Source: Minisyncoccota bacterium (GTDB lineage: Bacteria; Patescibacteriota; Minisyncoccia; Phycocordibacterales; JAACPR01). From it: 64,000 bases of DNA. The translations under genes were made by a program, and so were the position numbers. The notes below the pieces were generated by a model. That model saw only the letters and a program-made list of their open reading frames with translations. It was not told the origin of the DNA and did not search any database. Below, one piece after another: positions 10,257-20,838 of this stretch (positions are counted from its first letter, which is position 1; each line of letters starts with the position of its first letter). The stretch covers positions 254,667-318,666 of the forward strand of contig JBAYWG010000001.1 of the NCBI GenBank assembly GCA_041674225.1, given 5' to 3'.

Positions 10257-11392
10257 TTATCTTAATTTTATTGTTTCTATTATATTTAAAAATGATTTTT
10301 CCCAAAGTTTGATATTAAAATTTTCCAGAACACTCCCCCTTTGCTCAGTAGAAAATTTATCAACATTATCCAAAACATCTGCTATAGACTTAGCGATTGA
10401 ACCGGGGTCTGGGTTTGTTTTGTATGCAGGAAGATCTTTTAAGCCCGCCACATCTGTAACAATTGTTGCCGTACCACAAGACATTGACTCCAATGCGCTC
10501 AAAGAGGTTCCCTCTTTGTCTAGTGTTGGAATTAAGGTGATTAATGAGGTGTTGTAATAATTAATCATCTCGTCTCTGTTGGCTTGACCTTTAAATATTA
10601 CCTTCTCATTTAAATCATATTTTGCAACCAGATCTATACAGTAATTATAATATTTACCAACACCACTCCCAACGATTAACATCTTAAAATCGGGATTAGT
10701 TTTTATAAATATATTGAATGACTCAATCGCAAGATGAATACCTCTGTCATAACTTATATTTCTTGGAACTAAAATTACTTTTTCTTTTTGAAATGTTTCC
10801 TTGGTCATTTTGAAAACTTCTGTATCTACACAATTTGGTACAAACCAAACATTTTTTTAACTTCCGAAAACATATTTTTTCCTGGCTCAACAGAGTAACC
10901 AATTTCTCTTAGAAAATTTGTGTCATTAGCCACAATAAAAACATCTTTGTTTTTTAGGTGTTTACTTATGTACTTATGATATATATCAAAAAAAACATTT
11001 TTTTTAGTATTACTCCATAAAACACCATGAGAAATTATGATGACTTTCTTGTGCCATTTCAATGGCGGATAATGAAATGGATAGTGACAAATTAGTATAT
11101 CTTGGTCTTTTAAGATTTTCTTAGAAAGAAATAAACCAATATTAAACGCAAACCAACCCGCGTTATATATAAATGGGTGTAATAAAAAATATCTCGGAAT
11201 TTGTGTAACAAAAAATATTTTTGTTCCGGTATTATTTTTTTGTTTTACTTTTCTTTGTAAAACACTAGCATCAAAATTATTTTCAACTAATATTTTATTT
11301 AGATTATCAATATAAACTTGTTGTCCGCCACTTATTGGCAAATAATGCATTGTAACCTGGCAAATCTTTGTTTTAGTTTTGTTTTCTTGCAT
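10257..11392 (-). pseudogene. GT4 glycosyltransferase split by a frameshift at an A7 run
   Basis: N-half (HYLPISGGQQVY) and C-half (EGTSLSALESMSCG) ORFs; one extra A at 10852-10858 joins them as EVKKNVWFVPNCVDTEVFKMTKE. Confidence 0.8.
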
Positions 11393-12197
11393 GAATTATT
11401 TTCGTAAAATTTTGAGAATCTTCATCCCAAATATTTATTTTATAACCAAGTTTCTCAAGAAAATTAGACACATGAAACATCATTGGTATCGTGTGTATTT
11501 CAATAATCAATTCTGGACCATTTTGCTGTAATGTATTTATCCCACCTTCTAGTACCTTTAGCTCAGCTCCCTCAACATCAATTTTTATAAAATCTGGTAC
11601 TGATAATTTCTTTTGAGATATTAAATTATCTATAGTGTTTGATTCTACTTTAATTTTCTTGAAATCTTCGTAAGAATTTTCTTGCAAAGGAGGAGTCACA
11701 TCTTTTATATAACCACCAGATGAAGTAGCATCATCAGCATTTCCTACATTAAATTCCACTTCACCAACCTTGTTTGTGATTGCTTCTTTATTTATAAAAA
11801 TTCTTTTTGAATATGCTTCGTTAATATTTATATTTGACTCTAACCACTTTTGATTACTTGGGTTTGGTTCAAATGCATATACCAATGTTTCTTCACCGAA
11901 GGCTGATGAAAAAAATAATGATAAGTAACCAATGTGAGCTCCAATATCCCAAACAACTTTGTTTTTATTTGCGGCTAATTTTGATATCAAATCTATTTCA
12001 TAAGAGCCATCCAACATGCTCATATATGTTTCTGGAATTTCATTAGGCATAAGCAATGAAATATCTTTTTCCAAAACTTTTACGTTGTGAACATTCCAGG
12101 AATCCTTCTTTTTATCAAAATGTAAAAAATATTTTTTAAGTTTTTTAAACCAAGATTTCGGTGGGGAATTCCATATTTTCTTTAAGATTTTTTTCAT
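11373..12197 (-). CDS. FkbM family methyltransferase
   Basis: VWDIGAHIG, VYAFEPNP, FIKIDVEGAE. Confidence 0.9.
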   Translation of the reverse strand: MKKILKKIWNSPPKSWFKKLKKYFLHFDKKKDSWNVHNVKVLEKDISLLMPNEIPETYMSMLDGSYEIDLISKLAANKNKVVWDIGAHIGYLSLFFSSAFGEETLVYAFEPNPSNQKWLESNININEAYSKRIFINKEAITNKVGEVEFNVGNADDATSSGGYIKDVTPPLQENSYEDFKKIKVESNTIDNLISQKKLSVPDFIKIDVEGAELKVLEGGINTLQQNGPELIIEIHTIPMMFHVSNFLEKLGYKINIWDEDSQNFTKIIHARKQN

Positions 12198-13333
12198 ATA
12201 AGTATTTTTGACAATATCTCTTTAAAATTTTTATTAAATGATTCTAAACTATAATCTCTTAAAATATTTTCTACTATTCCAATCGAACGTCTTTTGAGCT
12301 CAATATTATCTAATGTTTGCGACAAATCCAATGAGTCTAATACTCCATCAGCACTTATTTCTCTTATCAAGATAGATAATTCATCTTGTTTAATAGATGC
12401 CTCATTAGTTAAAATTGGTATTAATCCCCCGTTAGCACAAACATTCACAACTGAAGTTGGCATAGCTTCGGAACAAGACGGTAAAATTACAAATGCACAC
12501 TTCGTTAATATTTTTTTAAAATTATCAGACTCAATTTTTACAAAGTCATATAAATGTATATTTTCACTTTTTAAATTTTCAGAAAATATTTTTACAAATC
12601 TTTTTTCATTCTGAAGTGGAGCACATACATGGAGATGGAGATCTTGTCTCTTTGAAAAAGCGTCCAATAAAACATCTAAACCCTTATGAATCATTCCTCC
12701 ACCACTAAAGAAAAGAAAATGTTTTTTTCCTTCAGAAAAATCTTTATCATTAATAATTTCCATTGGATTAAGTAATTCTATGAATGAAACGTTTAAATTA
12801 TAACAATCCGTATTTGTATATTTTTTATATGTATCAACCAGGTAATGGTCTCCTAGTAACACTAACGCATCGGAACCTATCGTCTGTATTGCATAATCTT
12901 TTTCTATAAATCTTAATGATTCTTTTAAAAGAACACCGCTTTTTTCGTAAACTTCAATACCCCGTTTTATTGTTGCCACATTGCTAAAATAAGGATGTCT
13001 TCCTGTACCATAGTAAATCCTTAATATTTTTTTAGAAGTAGAAAAACTTTTATCAAAAATATCCCCAAATCCAAATACAACATCATAATCTTCGTAAGCA
13101 ATTTTTTTAGTGCTGTTATAATCCACAACATCACAAATGAAACCTAGTTCATCAAATACTTTAGCAATTACCAAACTTTCTTGTATGTTGGTATGAGTTT
13201 TTAAGTTAGGTCTTTTAAAAGGAAAGGTAATGTAGGATATTAATACTTTCTTTTTGTGATTTCTGTTGAAAACATTACGGAGAATTAATTGCCTATTATA
13301 TATCGAGTATATTTTTCGTAGAATTTTTAACAT
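12194..13333 (-). CDS. Glycosyltransferase, GT-B fold (GT4-like)
   Basis: HKGLDVLLDAF and LPSCSEA motifs; cluster context. Confidence 0.75.
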   Translation of the reverse strand: MLKILRKIYSIYNRQLILRNVFNRNHKKKVLISYITFPFKRPNLKTHTNIQESLVIAKVFDELGFICDVVDYNSTKKIAYEDYDVVFGFGDIFDKSFSTSKKILRIYYGTGRHPYFSNVATIKRGIEVYEKSGVLLKESLRFIEKDYAIQTIGSDALVLLGDHYLVDTYKKYTNTDCYNLNVSFIELLNPMEIINDKDFSEGKKHFLFFSGGGMIHKGLDVLLDAFSKRQDLHLHVCAPLQNEKRFVKIFSENLKSENIHLYDFVKIESDNFKKILTKCAFVILPSCSEAMPTSVVNVCANGGLIPILTNEASIKQDELSILIREISADGVLDSLDLSQTLDNIELKRRSIGIVENILRDYSLESFNKNFKEILSKILI

Positions 13334-13335
13334 AT

Positions 13336-14262
13336 CTAATTATTATTTAGTTTCCTCTTTAATAATCTTATTCGATATAATAAATTAGAATATAATCTTT
13401 CCAACATATTTGCCTTATAAAAATTATTGAATTGCACTCTATCAAGATAATGGTTTGCTTCTATTTTTTCAAGTAACATATCACTTAACTCTATTTCTTG
13501 GGTTTTTCGAAATAAATTCTGATCCTCAATTGTTTTTGTTGTTGTGTGTGTTCCTTGAACTCCAATATTCGTAACCAAATTATGTTTTGGTGTTATGCTT
13601 AATCCTTTATTTAATACACATGTATAATTCCATTGTATATCCCATGTATTTACTAGGTTGTGATAGGCGTGGTTAAATGAATCTTTGTAGTATTGGTATA
13701 TTTTTCTATCTTTATAAACATCTTCAAATGAACCTTCTTTAATAAGAATAGGCCACTCTTTCATTTCAATGTCATACAAATCCCAAGCTCTTTTCCATGT
13801 CGCCCATCCCCATATCTGAAAATGATTAGAGAAAAAATAATCATCATGAATTTCCAAATTTTTTAAGTGGTGTGTACCAGAAATCATCATAACTTGATTG
13901 TCATTTTTATATCTCAAAAGTAGTTTGGAACAGAAACTAAAAAAAGATTTATTCGGTAGACAGTCGTCTTCTAAAATAATTCCCATTTCTACATTATCGA
14001 AAAACCAAGTTATGGCTGAACTTATCGCCAATTTACAGCCTAAATTTTCTTCTCTAAATAATGTTTTCACTTCGCAGTCCCAATCAATATTTTTTACAAT
14101 TGATCTAACTTCCCCACATCTCAAACGATCATTATCGTTATTAATCCTCGGACCATCTGCGGCGATAAACAAATATTTAGGTTTTGCATTACGTATCTCA
14201 TCAAAAACCCTCTGAGTTGTATCAGGTCGATTAAAAACTAAAAATAAAATTGGTGTTTCCAT
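13336..14262 (-). CDS. Nucleotide-diphospho-sugar transferase (GT-A fold)
   Basis: LFLVFNRPD, AADGPR, IILEDDC, IWGWATW. Confidence 0.8.
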   Translation of the reverse strand: METPILFLVFNRPDTTQRVFDEIRNAKPKYLFIAADGPRINNDNDRLRCGEVRSIVKNIDWDCEVKTLFREENLGCKLAISSAITWFFDNVEMGIILEDDCLPNKSFFSFCSKLLLRYKNDNQVMMISGTHHLKNLEIHDDYFFSNHFQIWGWATWKRAWDLYDIEMKEWPILIKEGSFEDVYKDRKIYQYYKDSFNHAYHNLVNTWDIQWNYTCVLNKGLSITPKHNLVTNIGVQGTHTTTKTIEDQNLFRKTQEIELSDMLLEKIEANHYLDRVQFNNFYKANMLERLYSNLLYRIRLLKRKLNNN

Positions 14263-15584
14263 TATCTTTTGTAATTTAAATTAAAAATTGATTTTGTAAT
14301 CAGTAAAAAATGAGCTCGACTATCTTTAAACAAAACAATTGAAAAATTAACAACTAGATATGAAATTATGGTTGCATACGCCGCTCCTGCAATACCCATT
14401 TTTGGGATCAAGATAATATTTAAAACAATATTCAACAAGGCACCAATAATAGTTGTGTATAATGTTATTTTGGTTAAATTCTTTGCAATCAAATACTTTC
14501 CAATTACTATACCCAATGAAACTGCTACCAAAGACCAAATATAAACTTGTAGGACAGGAGTGGCTCCGATGTATTGTTCTCCAAAAAGTAATGTGATTAT
14601 TTTCTGAGCAAAAATTGAAACGACCGCTGAAAAAATTAAGGAAGACCAGAACATTACAAAATACAATTTGCTGAGCCTGCTTTCAAATTTTTCATTACTC
14701 ACACTTAATGAATTTATTATCGCTGGAAATATGGAAGCCCCTATGATGGTTGGTATGAGATACCAAATTTCTGAAAGTTTAACACTAATTGCATATATAC
14801 CCGTAGCTTCATTATTCAAAAAATGATTAATCATAATTTGATCAATTTTCATATAAACACCCACAGACAAGCCAGATAGAATCATGGGCCAAGAATCTCT
14901 TAACAAACTTAATGCAATTTTCTTATCAAATTTCCAATTCTTGAAGTGGTGACCACTTTTCAAAAACGCAACAATCAAAAATAGTGCAACTAAAGCTATT
15001 TCAACAACGTATATAAACAATAACCAGAAAATACCTTTATTTAATAATATAACTCCAAGTTTTAACACAGCTGAAATGATTCCAGACAATATTTGAGCTT
15101 TAACGATTTTTTTTGATAATACTTGTGATTGAAAATAAGTTTCTATAACATTAAAAGCCTGAGGCACGTAATGAAGTGAAAATAACCAAATAAGAATTAG
15201 AGTAAACATTTCGTCTGTAATGGCAAAAGATGCTAGAAAAATAAAAAATATAGCCAGTACGGATCCAGATATCTTTATAAAAAAAGCAGTTCCAATAATC
15301 TTATCTTTTATATTGTGATTTTTAACTATCTCTCTATTTACAATTTCATCAATACCTAAGGATGATAGGACACCAAAAATTCCTACAAAACTTATAGCAA
15401 AACTCATCAAACCATAATTCGATGGACCTAAATATCGAGCAACATATATCCCAACAAAAAACGAAATCGCTAAACTAAATATCCTACCTGCAAAAAGCCA
15501 ACCGGTGTTTTTGAAGTATTTTTGAAAGCCCTGATGCCTCCAAATTTCTGTTGTTTTACCCTTTATAGCCAGTAAGTTTTTCAT
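14262..15584 (-). CDS. wzx: Polysaccharide flippase (Wzx/RfbX)
   Basis: Many TM helices; ARYLGPSNYG, KIDQIMI, GIAGAAYAT. Confidence 0.9.
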   Translation of the reverse strand: MKNLLAIKGKTTEIWRHQGFQKYFKNTGWLFAGRIFSLAISFFVGIYVARYLGPSNYGLMSFAISFVGIFGVLSSLGIDEIVNREIVKNHNIKDKIIGTAFFIKISGSVLAIFFIFLASFAITDEMFTLILIWLFSLHYVPQAFNVIETYFQSQVLSKKIVKAQILSGIISAVLKLGVILLNKGIFWLLFIYVVEIALVALFLIVAFLKSGHHFKNWKFDKKIALSLLRDSWPMILSGLSVGVYMKIDQIMINHFLNNEATGIYAISVKLSEIWYLIPTIIGASIFPAIINSLSVSNEKFESRLSKLYFVMFWSSLIFSAVVSIFAQKIITLLFGEQYIGATPVLQVYIWSLVAVSLGIVIGKYLIAKNLTKITLYTTIIGALLNIVLNIILIPKMGIAGAAYATIISYLVVNFSIVLFKDSRAHFLLITKSIFNLNYKR

Positions 15585-15668
15585 TTAATTAATTCCAAAT
15601 ATACCTTACTTTCAGGCTCTAAGCTAGAAAATCAACAAATACCTACACCGCATCTCATTTAATAGTAG

Positions 15669-15697
15669 TTGACATAATCATGTTTATGTGATAGTAT
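15669..15697 (+). promoter_or_regulatory. Sigma70-like promoter of small ORF 15711
   Basis: TTGACA-17 nt-TAGTAT. Confidence 0.6.
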
Positions 15698-15710
15698 CTT
15701 ATTTGAGTAT

Positions 15711-15992
15711 ATGAACCGTATCACCCACATCCTGACAGCTTTCCTGGCCATTTTCGGCCTTGGAAAGATCACTGAAAAGAACAACGAGCTTTCTACCGTC
15801 GAGCATGAAGTTCCGACAGAAGAAGTTCAGACACCCGGAGTCAACCGCGTCATCGCTGCTGGCGAAAAGAAAGTGCTCTACCGGTCTGGAAGGACCGGTA
15901 AACGCATCGTCGCCAAGATCGTCGACAGGAAAGGCACGGATTTCCGTGTCAGACAACTCGGTGGAAGGATCGAATTCACAGTCGTCGGCTAA
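15711..15992 (+). CDS. Small hypothetical protein (93 aa)
   Basis: Bracketed by promoter and terminator; GC-richer than flanks; N-terminal hydrophobic segment. Confidence 0.65.
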   Translation: MNRITHILTAFLAIFGLGKITEKNNELSTVEHEVPTEEVQTPGVNRVIAAGEKKVLYRSGRTGKRIVAKIVDRKGTDFRVRQLGGRIEFTVVG

Positions 15993-16028
15993 GCCAACGC
16001 CTGATTCCGAACCGAACACCGAACAACG

Positions 16029-16101
16029 CGGCGCCCTTACCCAAGGGCGCCGTTTTTCTTTTATAAAACAAAAAGGCCTGAAATCTCAGGCCTTTTTGTT
16101 T
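16029..16101. terminator. Two adjacent intrinsic terminators between convergent genes
   Basis: CGGCGCCCTT/AAGGGCGCCG plus T-tract; AAAAAGGCCTGA/TCAGGCCTTTTT. Confidence 0.8.
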
Positions 16102-16119
16102 GTATTTTATAAAAAAGAA

Positions 16120-16809
16120 TTAATCTTTTTTAATTTCATTCTTTATCTTCGCAATATAATCCCTAGCAGCATCTTGACCTCCTAGACCAAAAGCCAAACC
16201 TAAAGCGATAGCCAAAGCTACGATTAGACCAGTGAAAATTGTTTGGATAAATGTTGTTGCGATTTGCAACTCAATAAGAGCAGCCAAAATTGCTGAGATC
16301 CAAATTGCCCACTTAGCAACTGCACCAGCAAAATTTGCTGAAGCAACTCCAGCACCTTTTGCGCTTGCAACGATAACCTTTCTCAATGCTTCAGCAATAA
16401 CTGCAGCAATAATTAGAATTAATACAGCAGCAATAACTTTTGGAAGATACCCAATAGCAATATTAGCTAGAAAAGCTGTGATGTGATTCAATCCGATGAT
16501 ATCGAATGAAACAATCAAAACCACTACCACCAAATACCATCGTGCAATTTCTCCCAAGAATTTTCCTGAGTTTAATTTAACTCCCATTTTGTGCACCAAA
16601 TCATCTACGCCCGCTGTTTTTAGAAGTGTGTCCAATTTAATAGCTTTTACAATTTGTTCTACAACTCTAGAAACCAAACCTCCAATTAACCACCCTACAA
16701 CAAAAACAATTACTGCAACTAAAACAGAAGCAGCAACTGCTGTTAGACTACTTCCAACACCTTGTGCCGACATTGAAAGTGTACCTACAAGATCATTAAA
16801 ACTATTCAT
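16120..16809 (-). CDS. MscS TM-helix repeat (CmpX-like) membrane protein
   Basis: Repeated TM segments, YLPKVIAAVLIL, GLAFGLGGQD. Confidence 0.8.
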   Translation of the reverse strand: MNSFNDLVGTLSMSAQGVGSSLTAVAASVLVAVIVFVVGWLIGGLVSRVVEQIVKAIKLDTLLKTAGVDDLVHKMGVKLNSGKFLGEIARWYLVVVVLIVSFDIIGLNHITAFLANIAIGYLPKVIAAVLILIIAAVIAEALRKVIVASAKGAGVASANFAGAVAKWAIWISAILAALIELQIATTFIQTIFTGLIVALAIALGLAFGLGGQDAARDYIAKIKNEIKKD

Positions 16810-16871
16810 GTGATATTTAAAAATACTGATAATGGGTTCAAGATTTATTTTTAACCCCACTATTTATTGTA

Positions 16872-17444
16872 TCACCTAGCATATTCAATCCCCACTTTAT
16901 CCACAACAACTTTATGAGGAAATTCGAACACATCACGCACCAATCTATCGCATACACCTTGTCTATATTTAAAATCTGCAGTATCAAGTAAAGCAAATCT
17001 TAATTCTCGGCCAATTTCAGATTCCATATTACCAATAACAGTTTTCAGTCGGTTTGGACTCACATCATCCCCTACTACTAGAATATCTAAGCGACTTTCC
17101 GGGTTTTGGATAAACACACCAGATACAATTACAGCTTTAATTTTCCCGATTCCAGATAATCTCTTTGAGATTTCTTTATTTTGCATTGGAGCTGAGTGCA
17201 TCAAAAGAGTTTGAATTGGGTCTAGAAATGGAAAAGTTTTGTTTAAAAAGTATCCTTGGTTTTTTTTCTTTTTTAAAAGACCAGCTCTTGTAAGGAGATT
17301 TAATTCTTGCAAAGCGGCTTTTGAAGAAATTTTTGCTCTTTTTGAAACCTCCTTTCTTTCAAAAAAAGCTTCATCGTTGAATAGGAAAAGTTTCATCACT
17401 TTCACTCGTGCCAGACTTCCAAATAATTTTCCTAATGCTTCCAT
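16872..17444 (-). CDS. Winged-helix plus nucleotidyltransferase-like hypothetical protein
   Basis: LFGSLARVKVMKLF N-terminal wHTH-like region; C-terminal SGVF...RLDILVVGD...ESEIGRELRF. Confidence 0.65.
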   Translation of the reverse strand: MEALGKLFGSLARVKVMKLFLFNDEAFFERKEVSKRAKISSKAALQELNLLTRAGLLKKKKNQGYFLNKTFPFLDPIQTLLMHSAPMQNKEISKRLSGIGKIKAVIVSGVFIQNPESRLDILVVGDDVSPNRLKTVIGNMESEIGRELRFALLDTADFKYRQGVCDRLVRDVFEFPHKVVVDKVGIEYAR

Positions 17445-17537
17445 ATCAATTTTAATTATAAACAAAAACCATTAAAACAAAACTCAAAATAATAATAAAA
17501 ACAAAACCTAATATAAATCCGCTGCCTTTCATATATT

Positions 17538-18704
17538 TTACTCTAGTATTATAGCAGAAGTTTTCGTTGCTAAATCCCCAGTTGGAAAAAATAGATTCAA
17601 AGATTGATTTGCTCGGAAAAAATCCTCGGAATTATCACTGAACAGTGTCTCATCAAAAGTGATCTTTGCTTTAGGACTCAAAATAGTGTCTTGTGGAAAA
17701 GTAAAATCCGCCTTTTTATCTTCAGATTTTATTCGCCATAAACCTATGTTTATTTCATTTGAATCTTGATTTTCTATTTCAATTCCGTTTTCCTTTATAT
17801 TTAAAGCTAATTTGGGTTTTGCTACATAAACAATAGTCCTAGAGACTGCTTGCCTTATACCCGACACAGCATTTAAAACAACGTTATAAACACCTTCATT
17901 TTTGTAAAAATGCTCAATTTTCTTGCCTCTTTTTTCGTTTCCATCACCAAAATTCCAAAGATATTTGGCTCTGTGTAAACCTTTGTTTTCTCCTGTTTTG
18001 ACCTCAAAAATTATTGGTGATTTTATACTCGACAATCTTTCTCTGCCAATCGAAATCTCCAATTCTGTGACTTCTTTTGCTTTGACAGCAGAAGCGACTG
18101 AGGAATGTGAAGATATGTTTGTGATTGTAGTATTTTCGGTGGTGGTTGCGTTTGATTCTATTTGTTCTGGTGTTGATGCTTCTGTGGCATTTGGCAATCC
18201 TGGGGTTGGTTTTGCGCTAATTAGAAACTCTTCTTTAAACTGCAAAGAATTTCCATCTCCTTTTGCACCCAAAGTGTCCGAATAGCTAATTTCGTGTATT
18301 TTTTGGCCACTAGAATTTATCAAAACTAAAACTTCGCCAGTATTTGTAAGGCTAAAAACACTATCAAAAAGCGTACCGCTAAAATCTGGATTATCAATTA
18401 AAAACTTTTCATCGTTATCGGCAATAATTGCATAACCACCAGCCGGAATAACGGCATTTCCAAAGATTAATTTCACAGCATGATTGACCGAGCTTTCTAA
18501 TAATTTCCAGTTGGAGAAATCTATATCACTAGAAGTATTGTTGTACACCTCCACCCACTCCCTACCAGAATCAGTCCCAGAAACATCGTACATAATCTCG
18601 TTTATTTTCATTGCAAAAAGTGGGCTCGGAGAAATCAGGACCACCAGTATTAATAAAATATTTACTACTTTCGTTTTTATTTTTTGAATTTTTATAGGTT
18701 TCAT
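17538..18704 (-). CDS. Secreted protein with lamin-tail and PKD domains
   Basis: Signal peptide; INEIMYD...EWVEVYN; YLWNFGDG...HFYKNEGVYNVVL. Confidence 0.8.
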   Translation of the reverse strand: MKPIKIQKIKTKVVNILLILVVLISPSPLFAMKINEIMYDVSGTDSGREWVEVYNNTSSDIDFSNWKLLESSVNHAVKLIFGNAVIPAGGYAIIADNDEKFLIDNPDFSGTLFDSVFSLTNTGEVLVLINSSGQKIHEISYSDTLGAKGDGNSLQFKEEFLISAKPTPGLPNATEASTPEQIESNATTTENTTITNISSHSSVASAVKAKEVTELEISIGRERLSSIKSPIIFEVKTGENKGLHRAKYLWNFGDGNEKRGKKIEHFYKNEGVYNVVLNAVSGIRQAVSRTIVYVAKPKLALNIKENGIEIENQDSNEINIGLWRIKSEDKKADFTFPQDTILSPKAKITFDETLFSDNSEDFFRANQSLNLFFPTGDLATKTSAIILE

Positions 18705-18771
18705 TGCGCAAAGAATATCAGAATGAACCTTAAATATATTTAAAGAAGTATTAAAAGTTAAAAAAGAAAAA

Positions 18772-18801
18772 CAAAAAGCCGCCCTTGCGGGCGGCTTTTT
18801 G
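18772..18801 (-). terminator. Terminator of the S-layer-like gene
   Basis: CAAAAAGCCGCCC/GGGCGGCTTTTTG. Confidence 0.8.
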
Positions 18802-18852
18802 CCTATCAATACTAGATTAGTTATGTGAAATTTAATTCACTATAAGTAATTA

Positions 18853-20838
18853 TTAGTTCTTGATTGTTTGTGTAGGAATTGAGTATTCACTTTCGTCCGG
18901 AACTGTGTAAGCAGCTTGTGTAGCTGTTGAAGTAGTTGCGAAGTTAATTGAATCTAGTTCAAGTCCGTATTGTCCTGTTGTTCCTGGGTCAAGTTCTACG
19001 ATGATTTCAAATGTTTCTGAAGTTCCTTCAGCAACTTTGTATCGGTCGTTTGTTTCAACATCAGCAGATGTATCTGAGATACGAGCTGAAGATGTTCCTG
19101 TAAATGTTGAACCTGTAACAGTAGCAACGAATCCTGCTGTTGATGAAGATGTTGTAGAAACGCTATCGTAAATCCAAGCATCTTCTTCTAGAGCTGTAAT
19201 TCTAATTTCGAATGTGTAAATACCTTCGTTATCTGTCAAAGTTGTGTCTACGTTCTCTCGTAGAGATGAACCTTCGCTCACACCTTCAACTACGATACCA
19301 GTTGTTCTTAGAGTATGTGTAGCACCTTCTTGTGTTCCAGATACTACTGAAGAGTCACCGTTTGCTGCTCCTTCTGCTGTTAGAGCATTTGTACCAAAGT
19401 CAGATCCGTTGATTTTACCAACTCCGAATTGTACTGATTCACCGTTATCAAAGTTAGCAAAAGAGCTTCCTGTTGAATTGAATTCAGCCATTACAACAAC
19501 TTCGATTCTTGAATCTTTTTCAAGTTCAATTTCGTCTCCATTGTCTTCAAAGTCGAATGTGTATTCTCCAACTCCAGCTGTAGTTGATGCAGTGTCGTAA
19601 TCAAATTCTTGACCATCGATTTCGATAGTAAGGTCAATTACAACGTCTTCTACATCGTCATCAGTTGTTGAAGCGATAATTGTAAGAGTATTTAGTAATA
19701 CATCTGCACTATCATCGTTATCAATTTCGAATCGGAATACTTCAAATGGTCCTGAGTTGTCGTCTGTATCTACAACCAAGATAGATGCGTCTAGATCATC
19801 ATCACTTGAACGAATTGTAACATCTCCAGCGTCAGCAGCTTCGATTTCGAATTCTGTTGATTCTGTGTTTGAACCTTCGTAGTGATCAATTCCTTTTCCA
19901 TCCACGGCTCGGATTCCATCTGTTGGGATCCAAATTTTCCATGATTGTGTTAGGTCACTATCATCAATGCTATCTGAAGTTGTAACTTCAACTTCGATTA
20001 GAGCGTCATCACCTTCTTCAACTACAGTATCCAATCCAGCGAATCTTACTTCGTAGGCTCGGCTAGTTGTAGGAGTTTCTGTGCTGTCTTCTCTTGACCA
20101 GTCATCTTCGCTATCTACATCCATTGAATCAACTTCGTCTCCGTTGATGAATAGAGCAATAGATTCGATTTGATTCCAAGGCTCATCTTCTAGAGTTTCT
20201 GTAACTGATTCAAGTCTGATGTCTACACGGTCGATTGAAACGTCTCCATCTTCAACTTCGAATTCAGCAGCAAAAACTTTTGCTGTTTCTCCTTCTTCAA
20301 GGTCTTCGTTAGAGTATGAGTTTTCTCGATCGTAACTACTTAGACGAGCTTCTTCTCCGTTAAGAGAACCGCTTGTTGTTGTAGTAGTTGTAGTTGTAGT
20401 TGTTGTACAGTCTCCTGCAACCTTAGCTCGTGTAACTGGGCCAAAGTATCCAGCAGCTGGTGAGATCATCACTGATGCTTGGTATTTAGCCAAAGCTGAT
20501 TGTGTAAGAGCTCCAAAGTATCCCTTTGAAGTTCCTGCAGGGATTGATAATGTTCCTTTAGCTTCTAGGAAAGATTGTAGTGAAACTACATCTGCTCCTG
20601 TTGAACCTAAAGTAAGGTCTCGTGTGTATGTACCACATGAAGCTGTGCTACTTGTTGAAGTAGTTGTGCTTAATGCAGCCATAGCTGCAGCAGCTTTGTC
20701 AGCTGGGATAACACCCATACTTACTAGAAGTTGGATATCAGCAGCTGTTAGGGCTGATGCTGTTGGAGCAACTACGATTGTAAGCGCAAACGCTACAACC
20801 ACAGCTGAACCAGCAATTTTTGAAAAAATGTTTTTCAT
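18853..20838 (-). CDS. Acidic S-layer-like surface protein with peptidoglycan-binding domain
   Basis: Signal peptide; RDLTLGSTGADVVSLQSFL...GYFGALTQSALAKYQ...GYFGPVTR; poly-Thr linker; D/E/T-rich beta domains; strongly biased codon usage. Confidence 0.75.
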   Translation of the reverse strand: MKNIFSKIAGSAVVVAFALTIVVAPTASALTAADIQLLVSMGVIPADKAAAAMAALSTTTSTSSTASCGTYTRDLTLGSTGADVVSLQSFLEAKGTLSIPAGTSKGYFGALTQSALAKYQASVMISPAAGYFGPVTRAKVAGDCTTTTTTTTTTTSGSLNGEEARLSSYDRENSYSNEDLEEGETAKVFAAEFEVEDGDVSIDRVDIRLESVTETLEDEPWNQIESIALFINGDEVDSMDVDSEDDWSREDSTETPTTSRAYEVRFAGLDTVVEEGDDALIEVEVTTSDSIDDSDLTQSWKIWIPTDGIRAVDGKGIDHYEGSNTESTEFEIEAADAGDVTIRSSDDDLDASILVVDTDDNSGPFEVFRFEIDNDDSADVLLNTLTIIASTTDDDVEDVVIDLTIEIDGQEFDYDTASTTAGVGEYTFDFEDNGDEIELEKDSRIEVVVMAEFNSTGSSFANFDNGESVQFGVGKINGSDFGTNALTAEGAANGDSSVVSGTQEGATHTLRTTGIVVEGVSEGSSLRENVDTTLTDNEGIYTFEIRITALEEDAWIYDSVSTTSSSTAGFVATVTGSTFTGTSSARISDTSADVETNDRYKVAEGTSETFEIIVELDPGTTGQYGLELDSINFATTSTATQAAYTVPDESEYSIPTQTIKN

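Noticed and set aside
17260-17274. Homopolymer tract as a phase-variation site
   Set aside because: ORF is intact and the tract encodes a Lys run; such runs are common at this AT content.
20374-20407. Trinucleotide-like tandem repeat
   Set aside because: Encodes a poly-Thr linker with mixed codons.
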